DNA of 64,000 bases, taken from positions 64,001-128,000 of the forward strand of contig JAEOTC010000086.1 of NCBI GenBank assembly GCA_016840035.1. The letters run 5' to 3'. Origin of the DNA: Candidatus Hodarchaeota archaeon (lineage in GTDB: Archaea; Asgardarchaeota; Heimdallarchaeia; Hodarchaeales; Hodarchaeaceae). Shown piece after piece: positions 19,335-29,474 of the stretch. Below the pieces are notes generated by a model, which did no database searches, had not been told where the DNA came from, and saw nothing but the letters and a program-made list of their open reading frames with translations. Within the stretch, counting starts at the first letter, position 1; each line of letters starts with the position of its first letter. A program made the translations under genes and the position numbers.

Positions 19335-21047
19335 TTAACTTATTATAGATCCAATATTCTTAAGGAAAAAGTAGTGATCGAGGAATTCCTCCTCAGTTAT
19401 TAATGATCGGGTATCGATTATATTTTCAATTAGTGTAAAGTTTTCTGCGAGATTTTTATAGGAAAAATTCTCTGGAAACTCATTTATTAAATAGGTCGCG
19501 ATAACATCAGGAGTCAAATCCTCCTCTGGACTATAACGTTTGATGATATTTCGCTTCAGTCTTCTAAATATGAGTTCAAGGCCCCTAGAATATTGCCTGT
19601 ATTCAAGGAACCACCTCATTTTTACAGCAAAGAAGCTCCTTCCGTAATAACGTTCGACTCGTGTTAATAGTAATGGTTTTGCTTGTGTTTTTCTTGGTAT
19701 GAATCTACGTGATAATATTAGTGCAATTGGTACAAGAAAAATTGCGAATAGGGGAAACATTGTTATCATATCCAAGAATTTAAGATAAAGACTTAAGGGG
19801 AAAATCGGGGTTAATGGATTATTTGCTAAGTGTCCCTCATCAAAAATAATGGTCTGTCCTGGCCGCTCTTTCATCATAATTCGTATTACATTATCTGCAA
19901 ATGCACGGTTGTCATAACGACTCGCCAGAGGATAATCTGCGTTATCAGAATCAATGTATTGGTTAATAAAGATTGAAGGATCAGAACATAGAATAATTTG
20001 ACCACCTAATGGGAAGGGAAAGTAAACAAATACTGGGAACCCTATGTTCGGATTTCCCCATTCATTGAGATTTGGCTCGATATTGTTGACATCAGCTTTT
20101 GCACCAGAAATATCCGATTCCATCCATGCTTCGGTACTACTATAGAGAACAGCAATTTGAAGACTAATAGACATATCAGGGAGCTCAACTCCTGGAAATT
20201 GTTCACCTAAACTATCATAAGCTGAAGACGCCGAAGCTGGAAATTCTCCCATTGGAACCCATTTCGTAATATACTCAGTGTCATTAAGATTTGACTGAGT
20301 ATTGTTTGGATCGGGATAGCGAACTTTCATGGTTATGATAGAAGCAAAATTTCCGATTACTCCAGTTCCACTTAGACCTGTGGTGAAATCAGTAACCCAA
20401 GGAGCAGGCATCTTATAAGTTGTTCCTTCTTGAGAAGTACTGGGAGATTGAAAGATTGGAGTAAGTGGGGTACCATCGTAACTCCCTTGATCCGCTAGTA
20501 AACTCCCATTAAATGCAATTCCTGCTATGGGAAATGGAATCGAAGTATTTTGACCAGATGTGCTGGTGTTCATACCGAGAGGATTAGTACCCCCCGTATC
20601 ACCAAATCCCATTGAACTCATATCTAATTGAGAGATAAATCCTAAAAAGATTGATAAAACACTGAGGATATCATTTCCTGTCCCAAAATCATCTGCAATA
20701 ATCACTCTACCGCCATTAATAGCATACATAAGTATAGCTAAGGATTCTGAAAAATCGTAATGAACAGATGGTCCAAGAATTATTAACGAGCCTTGATTCC
20801 CTCCAAGCTCTGTTTGATTTAATCGATTAAGGACGTTACTGCTTCCAACAATTGTTGATATCTCGGCCCCTTCCTCGACGAAAAGGTCTTTGAAAGTACT
20901 TGCACCGTTCCAACTGGTATTATATATTGAAAAATGTGTTGTGTTGTTAGTAAATAAAAATCCAAGCATTGATGCAGAAGCAAATGGATAAGATATGAAT
21001 ATGGCTAGAATAATAAGAGCACTTGTCGTTCTATTAATTTCAGCCAT
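19335..21047 (-). CDS. DUF4350-domain membrane-anchored protein
   Basis: FSIYNTSWNGASTF, GGRVIIADDFGTGN, SDPSIFIN, IFDEGH, then a TM. Confidence 0.88.
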   Translation of the reverse strand: MAEINRTTSALIILAIFISYPFASASMLGFLFTNNTTHFSIYNTSWNGASTFKDLFVEEGAEISTIVGSSNVLNRLNQTELGGNQGSLIILGPSVHYDFSESLAILMYAINGGRVIIADDFGTGNDILSVLSIFLGFISQLDMSSMGFGDTGGTNPLGMNTSTSGQNTSIPFPIAGIAFNGSLLADQGSYDGTPLTPIFQSPSTSQEGTTYKMPAPWVTDFTTGLSGTGVIGNFASIITMKVRYPDPNNTQSNLNDTEYITKWVPMGEFPASASSAYDSLGEQFPGVELPDMSISLQIAVLYSSTEAWMESDISGAKADVNNIEPNLNEWGNPNIGFPVFVYFPFPLGGQIILCSDPSIFINQYIDSDNADYPLASRYDNRAFADNVIRIMMKERPGQTIIFDEGHLANNPLTPIFPLSLYLKFLDMITMFPLFAIFLVPIALILSRRFIPRKTQAKPLLLTRVERYYGRSFFAVKMRWFLEYRQYSRGLELIFRRLKRNIIKRYSPEEDLTPDVIATYLINEFPENFSYKNLAENFTLIENIIDTRSLITEEEFLDHYFFLKNIGSIIS

Positions 21048-21089
21048 GGAATCTCACTTGAATTAAAGTATTTGCACCGTTTTTATCCG

Positions 21090-21590
21090 TTATTCTGACA
21101 TAGGAATTTCTCCAATTGAAGTTGCCATTTGGAGGAATTGATGAAGCCCTGATAAGCCATCCTTGAATTCTTGATTGGTTAAAGGAGTTTGACCATATCG
21201 TGCTTTTTCAAATGCAATAATTATAGCATTAATTGCACTAGGATCAAGATCACCTCTGTTCATAAGCTTAACACCAAGCTGTCTTGCAGATTCATTGGGT
21301 GCACGACCTACACCGAGAAATCCTTCGGAAGCTAAAGTCATTGTTTGCCACATTAGAACAGCTGCATCCTTAAACATCTGTTGTCGTGCCAATTGTCTAA
21401 TTTGTACAAGTCTTTGTTCAATTTCTTGTTCGAGAATCGTCTTTTTAGCTGCGGTAATTCCTAACGCGTCTATAATTCGTTCACGAAAGTAATAGACTAA
21501 AGCACTGGCGACTATTAACACAACAAAAGCTAAGATGTAGAGTTCCGGGCCAATCTGAGCAAAGAAATTTAATCCTTTCATTCTTATCAC
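21090..21590 (-). CDS. DUF4129-domain protein
   Basis: N-terminal TM, R.PNES.RQ, FEKARYG. Confidence 0.85.
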   Translation of the reverse strand: MIRMKGLNFFAQIGPELYILAFVVLIVASALVYYFRERIIDALGITAAKKTILEQEIEQRLVQIRQLARQQMFKDAAVLMWQTMTLASEGFLGVGRAPNESARQLGVKLMNRGDLDPSAINAIIIAFEKARYGQTPLTNQEFKDGLSGLHQFLQMATSIGEIPMSE

Positions 21591-21741
21591 TAATCTTTTT
21601 TGTTATTGGGTTCTAATTTTTATAAATCTTAATATGTTAATATTGTATTGGTAGAGAGATATGTTAATTTTACCTCATAATATTTTTTTCTTATAATTGT
21701 TCTGAAATCAATTATTTATTTTTCATAACTATAGATCATTT

Positions 21742-24700
21742 CTATCCTTTTCGTCGAGCTTTTACACGCTCAAAGATCACTGCAATTCCAATTCCACTGC
21801 CTAGGGCAATAATATCTAGTAAGATAAACTGAATTAGGTCTATTGGGCGTAATACACCAGGACCGCCAGAAGGGGGTTCTGTTGTTGTTGAAGGAACGTC
21901 AGTTGTAGTCACTGGGTGCAGTATGACAAAATTATCTGAATCAACTGAACGACTGTTGCCTGTGTTGTCAAATACAGTGATTACTACCATATAGTTTCCA
22001 TTATTCAAAATATCGGCATTTAAAGTTAGACTTGCATTTGTATCTGCGATTAAGGACACTTCTGTGTCAGTAGGATCGTAAGTTTGAAGTTCTGTGTTAT
22101 CATCAGCATTGAATAGAGTAAACCGTATGAAATCCACATTTATCCCACTTTTGAGATCATAAAATGAAACTCCAATCTCAAATGTTCCTTCAGCAATAGT
22201 TGGAGGTGGATCTGCTTCAATCAATAATGCTGGAACTTCATCTTCTAATTCGATTGTTAAAACTGTTTCATTAGCATTTCCTGCTGTGTCCGAAACAGTT
22301 ACTATTAATTCCCAAGTAGTTTGGAGTAAGTCGAATGTGGAATTTCTGATTAAAAAGGTGGTATCAAAGATATTCCAGTTATAATTAAAGGAATTACCAC
22401 TTACATTTAGTGCAACATTGTTCAAGCTTAATACTGGCACATCACCTTGAGGTTGAATGTCTAAACTCACACTTGGATTATTTACACCAGAATCACGTCC
22501 CGTACTTGAACTTGAATCGGAAATCGTTCCAGAAATTAATATATCACCGTTGGAATTCATGGTAGCGTATACGGTACTATCTGAAGTTATGGAGGAAGCA
22601 CTAATTGTAGCCATCGGATCAACAACGTCAATTACGGCATAAAAGGAAACATTACGAAGATTTCTGGCGTTATCATATGCAGTTATTGAGATAAAGTACG
22701 TTTGATCAACTGCACTAGATGTATCCCAGTCAAAAGTGAATCTGGTATTTGTGATATTGGTCATTGAAAAGCTCGCCCCATCAATAGTAATCATAATCGA
22801 GCTATAATTCATTCCAAGGGAAACATAACCTATACCAGTATCCCTATCTGGATCAAAAATATCAGCGAAAATTTGTGTTATAGGATTATTCGGCTGTGCG
22901 ATAGTTTCTATGTTTGAAGGACCCATTAGAGTGATACTAGGTGCCGTATCGTCTATAGCAATCCAGTTAAAAGTAACTATAAAGGTTGTTGAGAGGGTTG
23001 TTCCATTATCTAATCTATGTGAGAGACTCCAAATCCATGAGACACTAGTAAACCCAGTAAAAGTGTGATCAAAATTAAATGCTCCACCACTTCCGGCATC
23101 TACTGACGGAAAACTACCATTCCAATCGTCATTAAGCTCTTTCCCCACTAATCCTCGATTGATCTGATCTACAAAATCTCCAAGAATATTGATTTGCCGA
23201 TGAGAATCACCCACAATATAGTAGGTACCACCATTCGCAATTGGAATTGTAGAACCGTTTGCAGGGAGATAAATCTCAAACGAGGAAATACTAATGGCAT
23301 TGTATACGTTTAATGGTTGTGCAAAAAATCGGGGGCGATAATGAATGAGTCCAGGTCCCCAAACGACCTTGGATCTAATAGAAATTCCATTTAATGGATA
23401 GGTAGTTGGTATTTGATAAGATAATGTGAAACTTCCAGAGGTCAGACTTCCAAAGCTTGGACTTCCTACTTCTTGTGAACCGTCATAACCAATATTACGC
23501 ATTAAACCGATAAATTGAGATGAATCAACAATTGAATTTTGGTCGTCACGGATGGTTCCAGAGGAAATCACACTCTCTCCAACAAAGACTGAATTTCCAT
23601 CATATCCGCTTAAGGTATGACCAGATATAGATAACCATGATATTAACCTAACATTTGTGATCGGATTACGGTTCTCTTGGGGAGTAGGAGTTGCCGGATC
23701 CCAACCATAGATTTGAATATCCTGCAATTGAGTAGATCCTGGAATCGTAATGATAGCTGAAAATTCCCCATTAGCATCAGTAACAACATTAGTTAGTGTT
23801 ATCGTTTGTGAGGAAGGAATCGTGATATTATAAGCAAGGCGTACCGTTGTAAAGGGAACACCCATACTCGCTACTGGATCATAATAGCTACCTGAAATAT
23901 TGACTGAGGTTGTCCCCCGATATACCTCGTAATAACCAGTTGTTGCATTTAAACCTGCATCTGGATGAGTTCCGTCAGTAATATCGTTAATTGGATCTTG
24001 AATTAGAACTTGAATTCGATCGACATTTTTTACTTCAAAATTAAATGTCGCTGATGAGATGGTATTTGTGTGTGAACCATTAACCCAAACTCCTGATAGC
24101 TCTCCAGAGGGCACAGAGGAATGAGATATATTGTAAGTTAATCCTTGTGCATCGCCAAAATGAGCAGTAGCATTCACTGTATACCATTTTTCGGGAGTAG
24201 TTCCTGTTGGCTGAAGAGAGAATATTGCTTTACTAACAGCTGAATCTTGGTAGCTTCCAACTGGAATGACATTCATATTGATGGTGGGATCTCCTGGAAG
24301 TTTACCATCTACTTGGATGGAAATATTAACATCATCAATATTCGGAAAAACTGTTCCTGCTCCACTCAAATAAAGTGTAAATTCAATATTTATCCATTCA
24401 GTCTGGCCAATTCGAGTAACGGGATTATCGGCCGGATAGGCAGTAATTTCGCCAAAGAAATATTGGGGATTAACTGTTACTGTTTCTTCGACATCTGAGT
24501 ATGAGGTACTAGAATAGAAGCTGGGATTGGTTGCTTTTTGTCCTACCAACCAGACGCCAGGGTCTGAAGTTAAGTCAGCTGTTGCATTAATTACTATATC
24601 AAGGATTTTCGGGGTTGTAAGAAAAGTTGTGGTTAATTGTATCGTAACATAGCCTGAACCATTTGTCGTAGAGCCTCCTACATAGACGAAGGATACACCC

Positions 24701-26880
24701 GCATAGACTCCTCCAAAAACAACGCTTACATCTACTCCTGCGAGTCCTGCTCCTCCTCCTTCCTGCTGAACTCTAAAGTCTATCTCAAGAACATCTCCAG
24801 AACGTATCGTTGTATCTCCAGACTCATTTGTTGTTGCCAGAATGATCTCATAGGTTGTGAAATTTGGATCGATGTTTAGATTCGTGTCTTGTTTAGTTCT
24901 CCAAGATTTATTCCATTGGGCAAATGTAGCTGTTCCTTGATGTTGATCACCAATCCAACGGACTTGTGAATCATTTTCAAAATCAACTGTAAGGTCTAAT
25001 ATAATCGTTTTCAATATTTCAGGAGTAGTAAGGTAAATTGAATTTACTGTAACTTCTATCATTCCACTTGAATCAGTATACCGGTAACCGTTTGCATAAA
25101 GGGGATTTCGCAGAGCATTAAATGATAAAGAAACACCTGGAGTGACTTGATTTAATTCAATCTTCACTGGAACACCTGAGAAATCGTCTAGTGTTGAAGT
25201 AGAATTCACCTCAAATACGAGTGTGGATGATTCTCCTGGACGAATACTTGATGCTGTGATAGAATTTAGATGAATATCGCCTATCCAGAATTCAGGATCG
25301 ATACTGATCATATCACCCCCCGATGATACATCAAGGGCTCCACCAGAACTTCTTATGTACATATGGAAGTTATTTGGATAACTACTGGGATAAGCTCCTC
25401 CAGGGAAGTCAGAATTGCGTAAATCTGCAAATGCGGTTATTATTGGTGTTTTAGATTGGTATGGGATTGGAAAACCGGCTGTGACAACAAATTGAACCAT
25501 TCCGCTTCCATTTGTTTGTGCCCATCCTGTTCCATTATCGAGAAATCCAGTGCCAAATTGGAGATCAACTCCCGTTGGATACGAATCTAGAGACGCATTT
25601 ATCGGGATTCCTGCAACTTGGTACACATCACTAGTGTATACGTAATCAATATTCACTCGAAATGTTACCAACGTCGAGTTTACATTTGGGGGATCGATCG
25701 AGGATGAGGGTACAGCAGATACAAGCTCCAAGCTAGCGATATCCATTTCATTTTGAACTGTAAAATTGGAAGTACTGGATACCCAGTTGGTTGTAGGATC
25801 TGATCCATCATAATTTTCTGTAAAATAACCAGAGACTGGATCTATTGTGGTGTTAAGAATGAAGTAATAATCATTTTCTGGAGTTGTTGGATAAGTAGTT
25901 GTAACATTTAACCGTAGCTCACCGTTCGTGTCAGTTGTCGTACTTGGTAAGCTGGTGGTCATATCTAAGAGATTGTAGTTTATTCCCTGTCCTCCATTAG
26001 GTATAAGAGTGTGTGTAGCACCATTACGGAGCTCTACATCAACAGTTAAGCCCGAGATGGGTGTTGTACCTGATTGAGCTTTGAGTACTACAGTTGCTTC
26101 CTCTCCCTGACGAAAAGTACTATCGCTGCTGGCAGTATTTACAAATCCTGGACTTGTTTCTGCAAGGGTAGAAAAACCACTAACAATGAAATAATCAACT
26201 TTGGCGAATGCGTTTACATTCTCGATCTCCGCTGTTACATTCGAACTCCCTCCAGGATAATATTGGTAGATAGAAACATTATCTCCAGGTGAAATCCCAT
26301 AGGTATTGGTTAATTCAGACATATCAGGTATAGCAAATGATACATCGATAATTCCTTCAGTTAAATCAAAAGAGATTGATGGAACAGTGGGTGTACCATT
26401 CGTTTTTGCCGTTGTAATTAAGTGATTTGCGTCTGTAAGATCACCATAATCATGTTTATGCAAATAAATACTAATAACCTGAGAAACAATTGCTAAAGGT
26501 CCTGTTTGTGAACTATTAAATCGATTAGTGACACTGATAGTTTCTCCTGGGAAATAAATGGCTTTATCAGGATCAATTGATGTTATTGAGTAATAGGGAG
26601 AGTTTAGCGAATCCTTATTGCGATAGATCCCTGATTGGGGAACAGAGGGAGTGTATGAAAAAGGTTCACGTAAAGAAGTTAAAGATTGATTCGTTGATTG
26701 ATCCTCCTGAGGAAGATTATATCCAAGAAAGGGTAAAAGGAGGGAAGACATAGTTAAGAGAGGAACGATTAGTAAAAACGAGTATAACGACGATAAACCT
26801 TTTAGTTTTGCTGACAAATTCAATTCACCAAACAGAGAATGGATTAGAACCAAGATAAACGTCGGAGTGTTCACTATCAT
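21742..26880 (-). CDS. Giant secreted surface protein with Ig-like repeats and a C-terminal TM anchor (1712 aa; start may be a little downstream)
   Basis: N-terminal hydrophobic segment, T/S/N-rich beta repeats (T(D/N)..G....), D...P...I modules, Thr/Pro linker, TM and basic tail KARRKG. Confidence 0.85.
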   Translation of the reverse strand: MIVNTPTFILVLIHSLFGELNLSAKLKGLSSLYSFLLIVPLLTMSSLLLPFLGYNLPQEDQSTNQSLTSLREPFSYTPSVPQSGIYRNKDSLNSPYYSITSIDPDKAIYFPGETISVTNRFNSSQTGPLAIVSQVISIYLHKHDYGDLTDANHLITTAKTNGTPTVPSISFDLTEGIIDVSFAIPDMSELTNTYGISPGDNVSIYQYYPGGSSNVTAEIENVNAFAKVDYFIVSGFSTLAETSPGFVNTASSDSTFRQGEEATVVLKAQSGTTPISGLTVDVELRNGATHTLIPNGGQGINYNLLDMTTSLPSTTTDTNGELRLNVTTTYPTTPENDYYFILNTTIDPVSGYFTENYDGSDPTTNWVSSTSNFTVQNEMDIASLELVSAVPSSSIDPPNVNSTLVTFRVNIDYVYTSDVYQVAGIPINASLDSYPTGVDLQFGTGFLDNGTGWAQTNGSGMVQFVVTAGFPIPYQSKTPIITAFADLRNSDFPGGAYPSSYPNNFHMYIRSSGGALDVSSGGDMISIDPEFWIGDIHLNSITASSIRPGESSTLVFEVNSTSTLDDFSGVPVKIELNQVTPGVSLSFNALRNPLYANGYRYTDSSGMIEVTVNSIYLTTPEILKTIILDLTVDFENDSQVRWIGDQHQGTATFAQWNKSWRTKQDTNLNIDPNFTTYEIILATTNESGDTTIRSGDVLEIDFRVQQEGGGAGLAGVDVSVVFGGVYAGVSFVYVGGSTTNGSGYVTIQLTTTFLTTPKILDIVINATADLTSDPGVWLVGQKATNPSFYSSTSYSDVEETVTVNPQYFFGEITAYPADNPVTRIGQTEWINIEFTLYLSGAGTVFPNIDDVNISIQVDGKLPGDPTINMNVIPVGSYQDSAVSKAIFSLQPTGTTPEKWYTVNATAHFGDAQGLTYNISHSSVPSGELSGVWVNGSHTNTISSATFNFEVKNVDRIQVLIQDPINDITDGTHPDAGLNATTGYYEVYRGTTSVNISGSYYDPVASMGVPFTTVRLAYNITIPSSQTITLTNVVTDANGEFSAIITIPGSTQLQDIQIYGWDPATPTPQENRNPITNVRLISWLSISGHTLSGYDGNSVFVGESVISSGTIRDDQNSIVDSSQFIGLMRNIGYDGSQEVGSPSFGSLTSGSFTLSYQIPTTYPLNGISIRSKVVWGPGLIHYRPRFFAQPLNVYNAISISSFEIYLPANGSTIPIANGGTYYIVGDSHRQINILGDFVDQINRGLVGKELNDDWNGSFPSVDAGSGGAFNFDHTFTGFTSVSWIWSLSHRLDNGTTLSTTFIVTFNWIAIDDTAPSITLMGPSNIETIAQPNNPITQIFADIFDPDRDTGIGYVSLGMNYSSIMITIDGASFSMTNITNTRFTFDWDTSSAVDQTYFISITAYDNARNLRNVSFYAVIDVVDPMATISASSITSDSTVYATMNSNGDILISGTISDSSSSTGRDSGVNNPSVSLDIQPQGDVPVLSLNNVALNVSGNSFNYNWNIFDTTFLIRNSTFDLLQTTWELIVTVSDTAGNANETVLTIELEDEVPALLIEADPPPTIAEGTFEIGVSFYDLKSGINVDFIRFTLFNADDNTELQTYDPTDTEVSLIADTNASLTLNADILNNGNYMVVITVFDNTGNSRSVDSDNFVILHPVTTTDVPSTTTEPPSGGPGVLRPIDLIQFILLDIIALGSGIGIAVIFERVKARRKG

Positions 26881-27360
26881 TAAATTTGAGCCAGTAGTGA
26901 AGAAACTCTCCGTATAGTCGTTTTATGTAATCCTGTATTAATTAATGTTGCCTAATTCGGTTGAGAAGTTTCTATTGTAAAATATTACTATAGGTTCTTT
27001 CTCGTGACTTTTTTACACGAAATCTTACTCTGTGCCAGTATAAAAGAAAAATTGAGTTTATTTCCTGATATAAATCCTGTAAAGCTACGGTATTGTGACC
27101 TGCTAGAAGATCTAAAATATCTCCATATTTAAAATTCTGTTTCTATAAGTTAAACTTAACTACTTATATTTTCACGGAAAAATCTTCCTCAGTAGATTTA
27201 ATAGTGTGTAAATCAGACAATTCTTAGGAATCAATACTTAGAAATATTTATCGTTATATATTAGTAATAGAATTAGAAGTTATCTTATTGTTAAGTAATA
27301 CCAGCAATTCGAATATTTATATATGATGTGGGTTTTACTCTATTTGCGGAGTCATTCTTA

Positions 27361-28110
27361 ATGGTTTTATTCAAGGGAAGTAAAGTTAAGAAAGGTCAGG
27401 AAGAGTTCGATCAAGGCATGGCTTATTATGAAACTCAACGATATGATGAGGCCGTGGAGAAATTTAAACGGTCTGCAAAACTCTTTAATGATGGTGATGA
27501 GAAAAAGTTGAGTAAAAGAGCTGAAGCATTCAAACTTTGCGCCTATGGCTATACCGATATGATCCAGATGAATTTCTTAGAGGCAATTCGTTCTTTTGGC
27601 AAAGCAAATGTAATATTCTCAACTGAAGGTTTTTTAGATGAAGCTAAACACGCAAGAACGGTTCAAGCACAAACTCAAGGAGAATTAGCTAAATCTAAGG
27701 CTCAGAATGGGGATTTCATTGAATCCGCCAGATTATATGAATCTGCGGGGGCATTATATTCAACCACAGGGTTAGAGATGGAGGCAGCCAAAGCTCGTGC
27801 GCGTTCCTTTGTTCAACGAGCTGCTGCAATGGAATCAGATTTTGACAAAGCATATTATTTAGAACGAGCCGTTGAGGAATTCAAGAAAGGTAGGGAAGAT
27901 GCTACTCGATATGAGGCACTTGCATTATATAGTAAAGCCAAATCTCTTATTAGTGCTCGTGAAAACATGAAAGAAGCCATTGATTTACTAGTACAAGCCC
28001 ACGAGAAGTATGTCAAGGTTGGAAGCACATCTCAAACCGAGAAAGTAAAACTCTTATTAGAAGACCTAACAGAACAAGTAAAGATTCGTCCATCTGAATT
28101 TGGAGTGTAA
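27361..28110 (+). CDS. TPR / SNAP-like helical-repeat protein
   Basis: YDEAVEKFKRSAKLF and FIESARLYESAGALY repeats; ATG 27361 preferred as start. Confidence 0.7.
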   Translation: MVLFKGSKVKKGQEEFDQGMAYYETQRYDEAVEKFKRSAKLFNDGDEKKLSKRAEAFKLCAYGYTDMIQMNFLEAIRSFGKANVIFSTEGFLDEAKHARTVQAQTQGELAKSKAQNGDFIESARLYESAGALYSTTGLEMEAAKARARSFVQRAAAMESDFDKAYYLERAVEEFKKGREDATRYEALALYSKAKSLISARENMKEAIDLLVQAHEKYVKVGSTSQTEKVKLLLEDLTEQVKIRPSEFGV

Positions 28111-28126
28111 CAAAAAACAAATAATT

Positions 28127-28193
28127 TAGCCTGTGATGATTTGTTAAAAGGCACAGATTACCAATATGAAGAGCGATGAGCGGTCTGAGGCTA
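28127..28193 (+). ncRNA. C/D box guide sRNA
   Basis: Terminal stem TAGCC/GGCTA; C GTGATGA 28133-39; D' CAGA 28154-57; C' ATGAAGA 28166-72; 12-nt guide; D CTGA 28185-88. Confidence 0.85.
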
Positions 28194-28222
28194 TTTTCCT
28201 TTTAAACTGGAGCCAAGCTACA

Positions 28223-28966
28223 GTGAACATCAGTATATTTCCTCTAAGGGATTTTCCTCTTATTAATCCTGGTGATCCACTAGCAGATATTATTGTGGAT
28301 GAACTACGAAAGATGGACCTGAAGGATAGAGATATCATTGTAATTGCGCATACTATTGTTTCAAAAGCAGAGAATAAAGTTTTTGATTTAGAAACAATAA
28401 CTCCAAGTCCGTTTGCGTTAGAGATCGGTAAAAGGCAGGAAAAGGATCCACGTAAAATCGAAGTGATTTTACGTGAAAGTAGCGAAATCATTCGTATGAA
28501 TGATAATGTTCTGATAACAGCAACCCACCATGGATTTATCTGTGCTAATAGTGGAATAGATAAATCTAATACACCTGGAGAAACGGTAATCTCTCTTCCT
28601 GATGATCCTGATTCTTCTGCTAGACAAATAAGGGAGGTTATTAAGAAAAAATTAGAGAAGGATGTTGCTATAATAATCTCTGATACCTTCGGTCGCCCTT
28701 TAAGAGTAGGCACTGTTAATTTTGCTATAGGATTAGCTGGGATCGCCCCTTTAGAAGACATTCGGGGTAAAAAAGATCTATTTGGTTATGAATTAAAATC
28801 AACAATTATAGCAAGGGTTGATGAGGTGGCTGCAGCTGCGGGTATAGTTATGGGGCAAGCTGATGAAGGAACACCGATTATTATAGTAAGAGGGGTTGAA
28901 TATTCAATCAGCAATGAGTCTGCACGAGAATTGATACGCGAACCAACAAAAGATGTCTTCCGATAA
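28223..28966 (+). CDS. cofE: Coenzyme F420-0:L-glutamate ligase
   Basis: TIVSKAE, GFICANSGIDKSN, ISDTFGRPLR, DEVAAAAGIVMGQADEGTP; the track's ATG 28166 lies inside the sRNA C' box, so GTG 28223 is preferred. Confidence 0.93.
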   Translation: MNISIFPLRDFPLINPGDPLADIIVDELRKMDLKDRDIIVIAHTIVSKAENKVFDLETITPSPFALEIGKRQEKDPRKIEVILRESSEIIRMNDNVLITATHHGFICANSGIDKSNTPGETVISLPDDPDSSARQIREVIKKKLEKDVAIIISDTFGRPLRVGTVNFAIGLAGIAPLEDIRGKKDLFGYELKSTIIARVDEVAAAAGIVMGQADEGTPIIIVRGVEYSISNESARELIREPTKDVFR

Positions 28967-29030
28967 ATAAAAAACAATAAGGGGAATGCTATTCCTCAGA
29001 CGTTAGTTACATCCTACCGTGTTAACATAA

Positions 29031-29132
29031 GCGCCGATAGTCTAGTCTGGTAGGACTTCACCCTCCCAAGGTGATAGCCCGGGTTCAAATGGGTTTCTCT
29101 GTCGAGATATTCTGAAATTCCCGGTCGGCGCA
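29031..29132 (+). tRNA. tRNA-Gly(CCC) with a 29-nt T-loop intron at 59/60 (29090-29118)
   Basis: GCGCCGA/TCGGCGC; TCACC-CTCCCAA-GGTGA; BHB TTCA-AAT / TGAA-ATT. Confidence 0.95.
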
Positions 29133-29158
29133 TTTAATCTCGAGTGGACTGATATTAC

Positions 29159-29443
29159 ATGGAAATATTGTTTGTTTTTCTTGGTTCTTTACAATATGAC
29201 TTAGGTCATATGGAATTATCCCAGAAATTTGAGGAAGGTATATCTGTAAAGGCCGCAGTTCAAGAACTTTCCAAAATATCAGAATTTAAAGATATAAATA
29301 AATACTTCACTGATTCTTATGAATCCACAAGATCAATAATCATCTTTCTAAATGAACAGGATATTTCTGTGCTGAAAGGGATGGATTCTACACTTCAACA
29401 AGGTGACAAACTTACATTTATTCCAGTAATTCATGGAGGATAA
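29159..29443 (+). CDS. MoaD/ThiS/Urm1-like ubiquitin-fold sulfur carrier (SAMP)
   Basis: IIIFLNEQDI...LQQGDKLTFIPVIHGG with C-terminal di-Gly. Confidence 0.9.
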   Translation: MEILFVFLGSLQYDLGHMELSQKFEEGISVKAAVQELSKISEFKDINKYFTDSYESTRSIIIFLNEQDISVLKGMDSTLQQGDKLTFIPVIHGG

Positions 29444-29474
29444 TTTTTACTGTTTAATAGGTAGGTAGCTAATA

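Noticed and set aside
28144-28761. 205-aa minus-strand ORF
   Set aside because: Shadow of cofE
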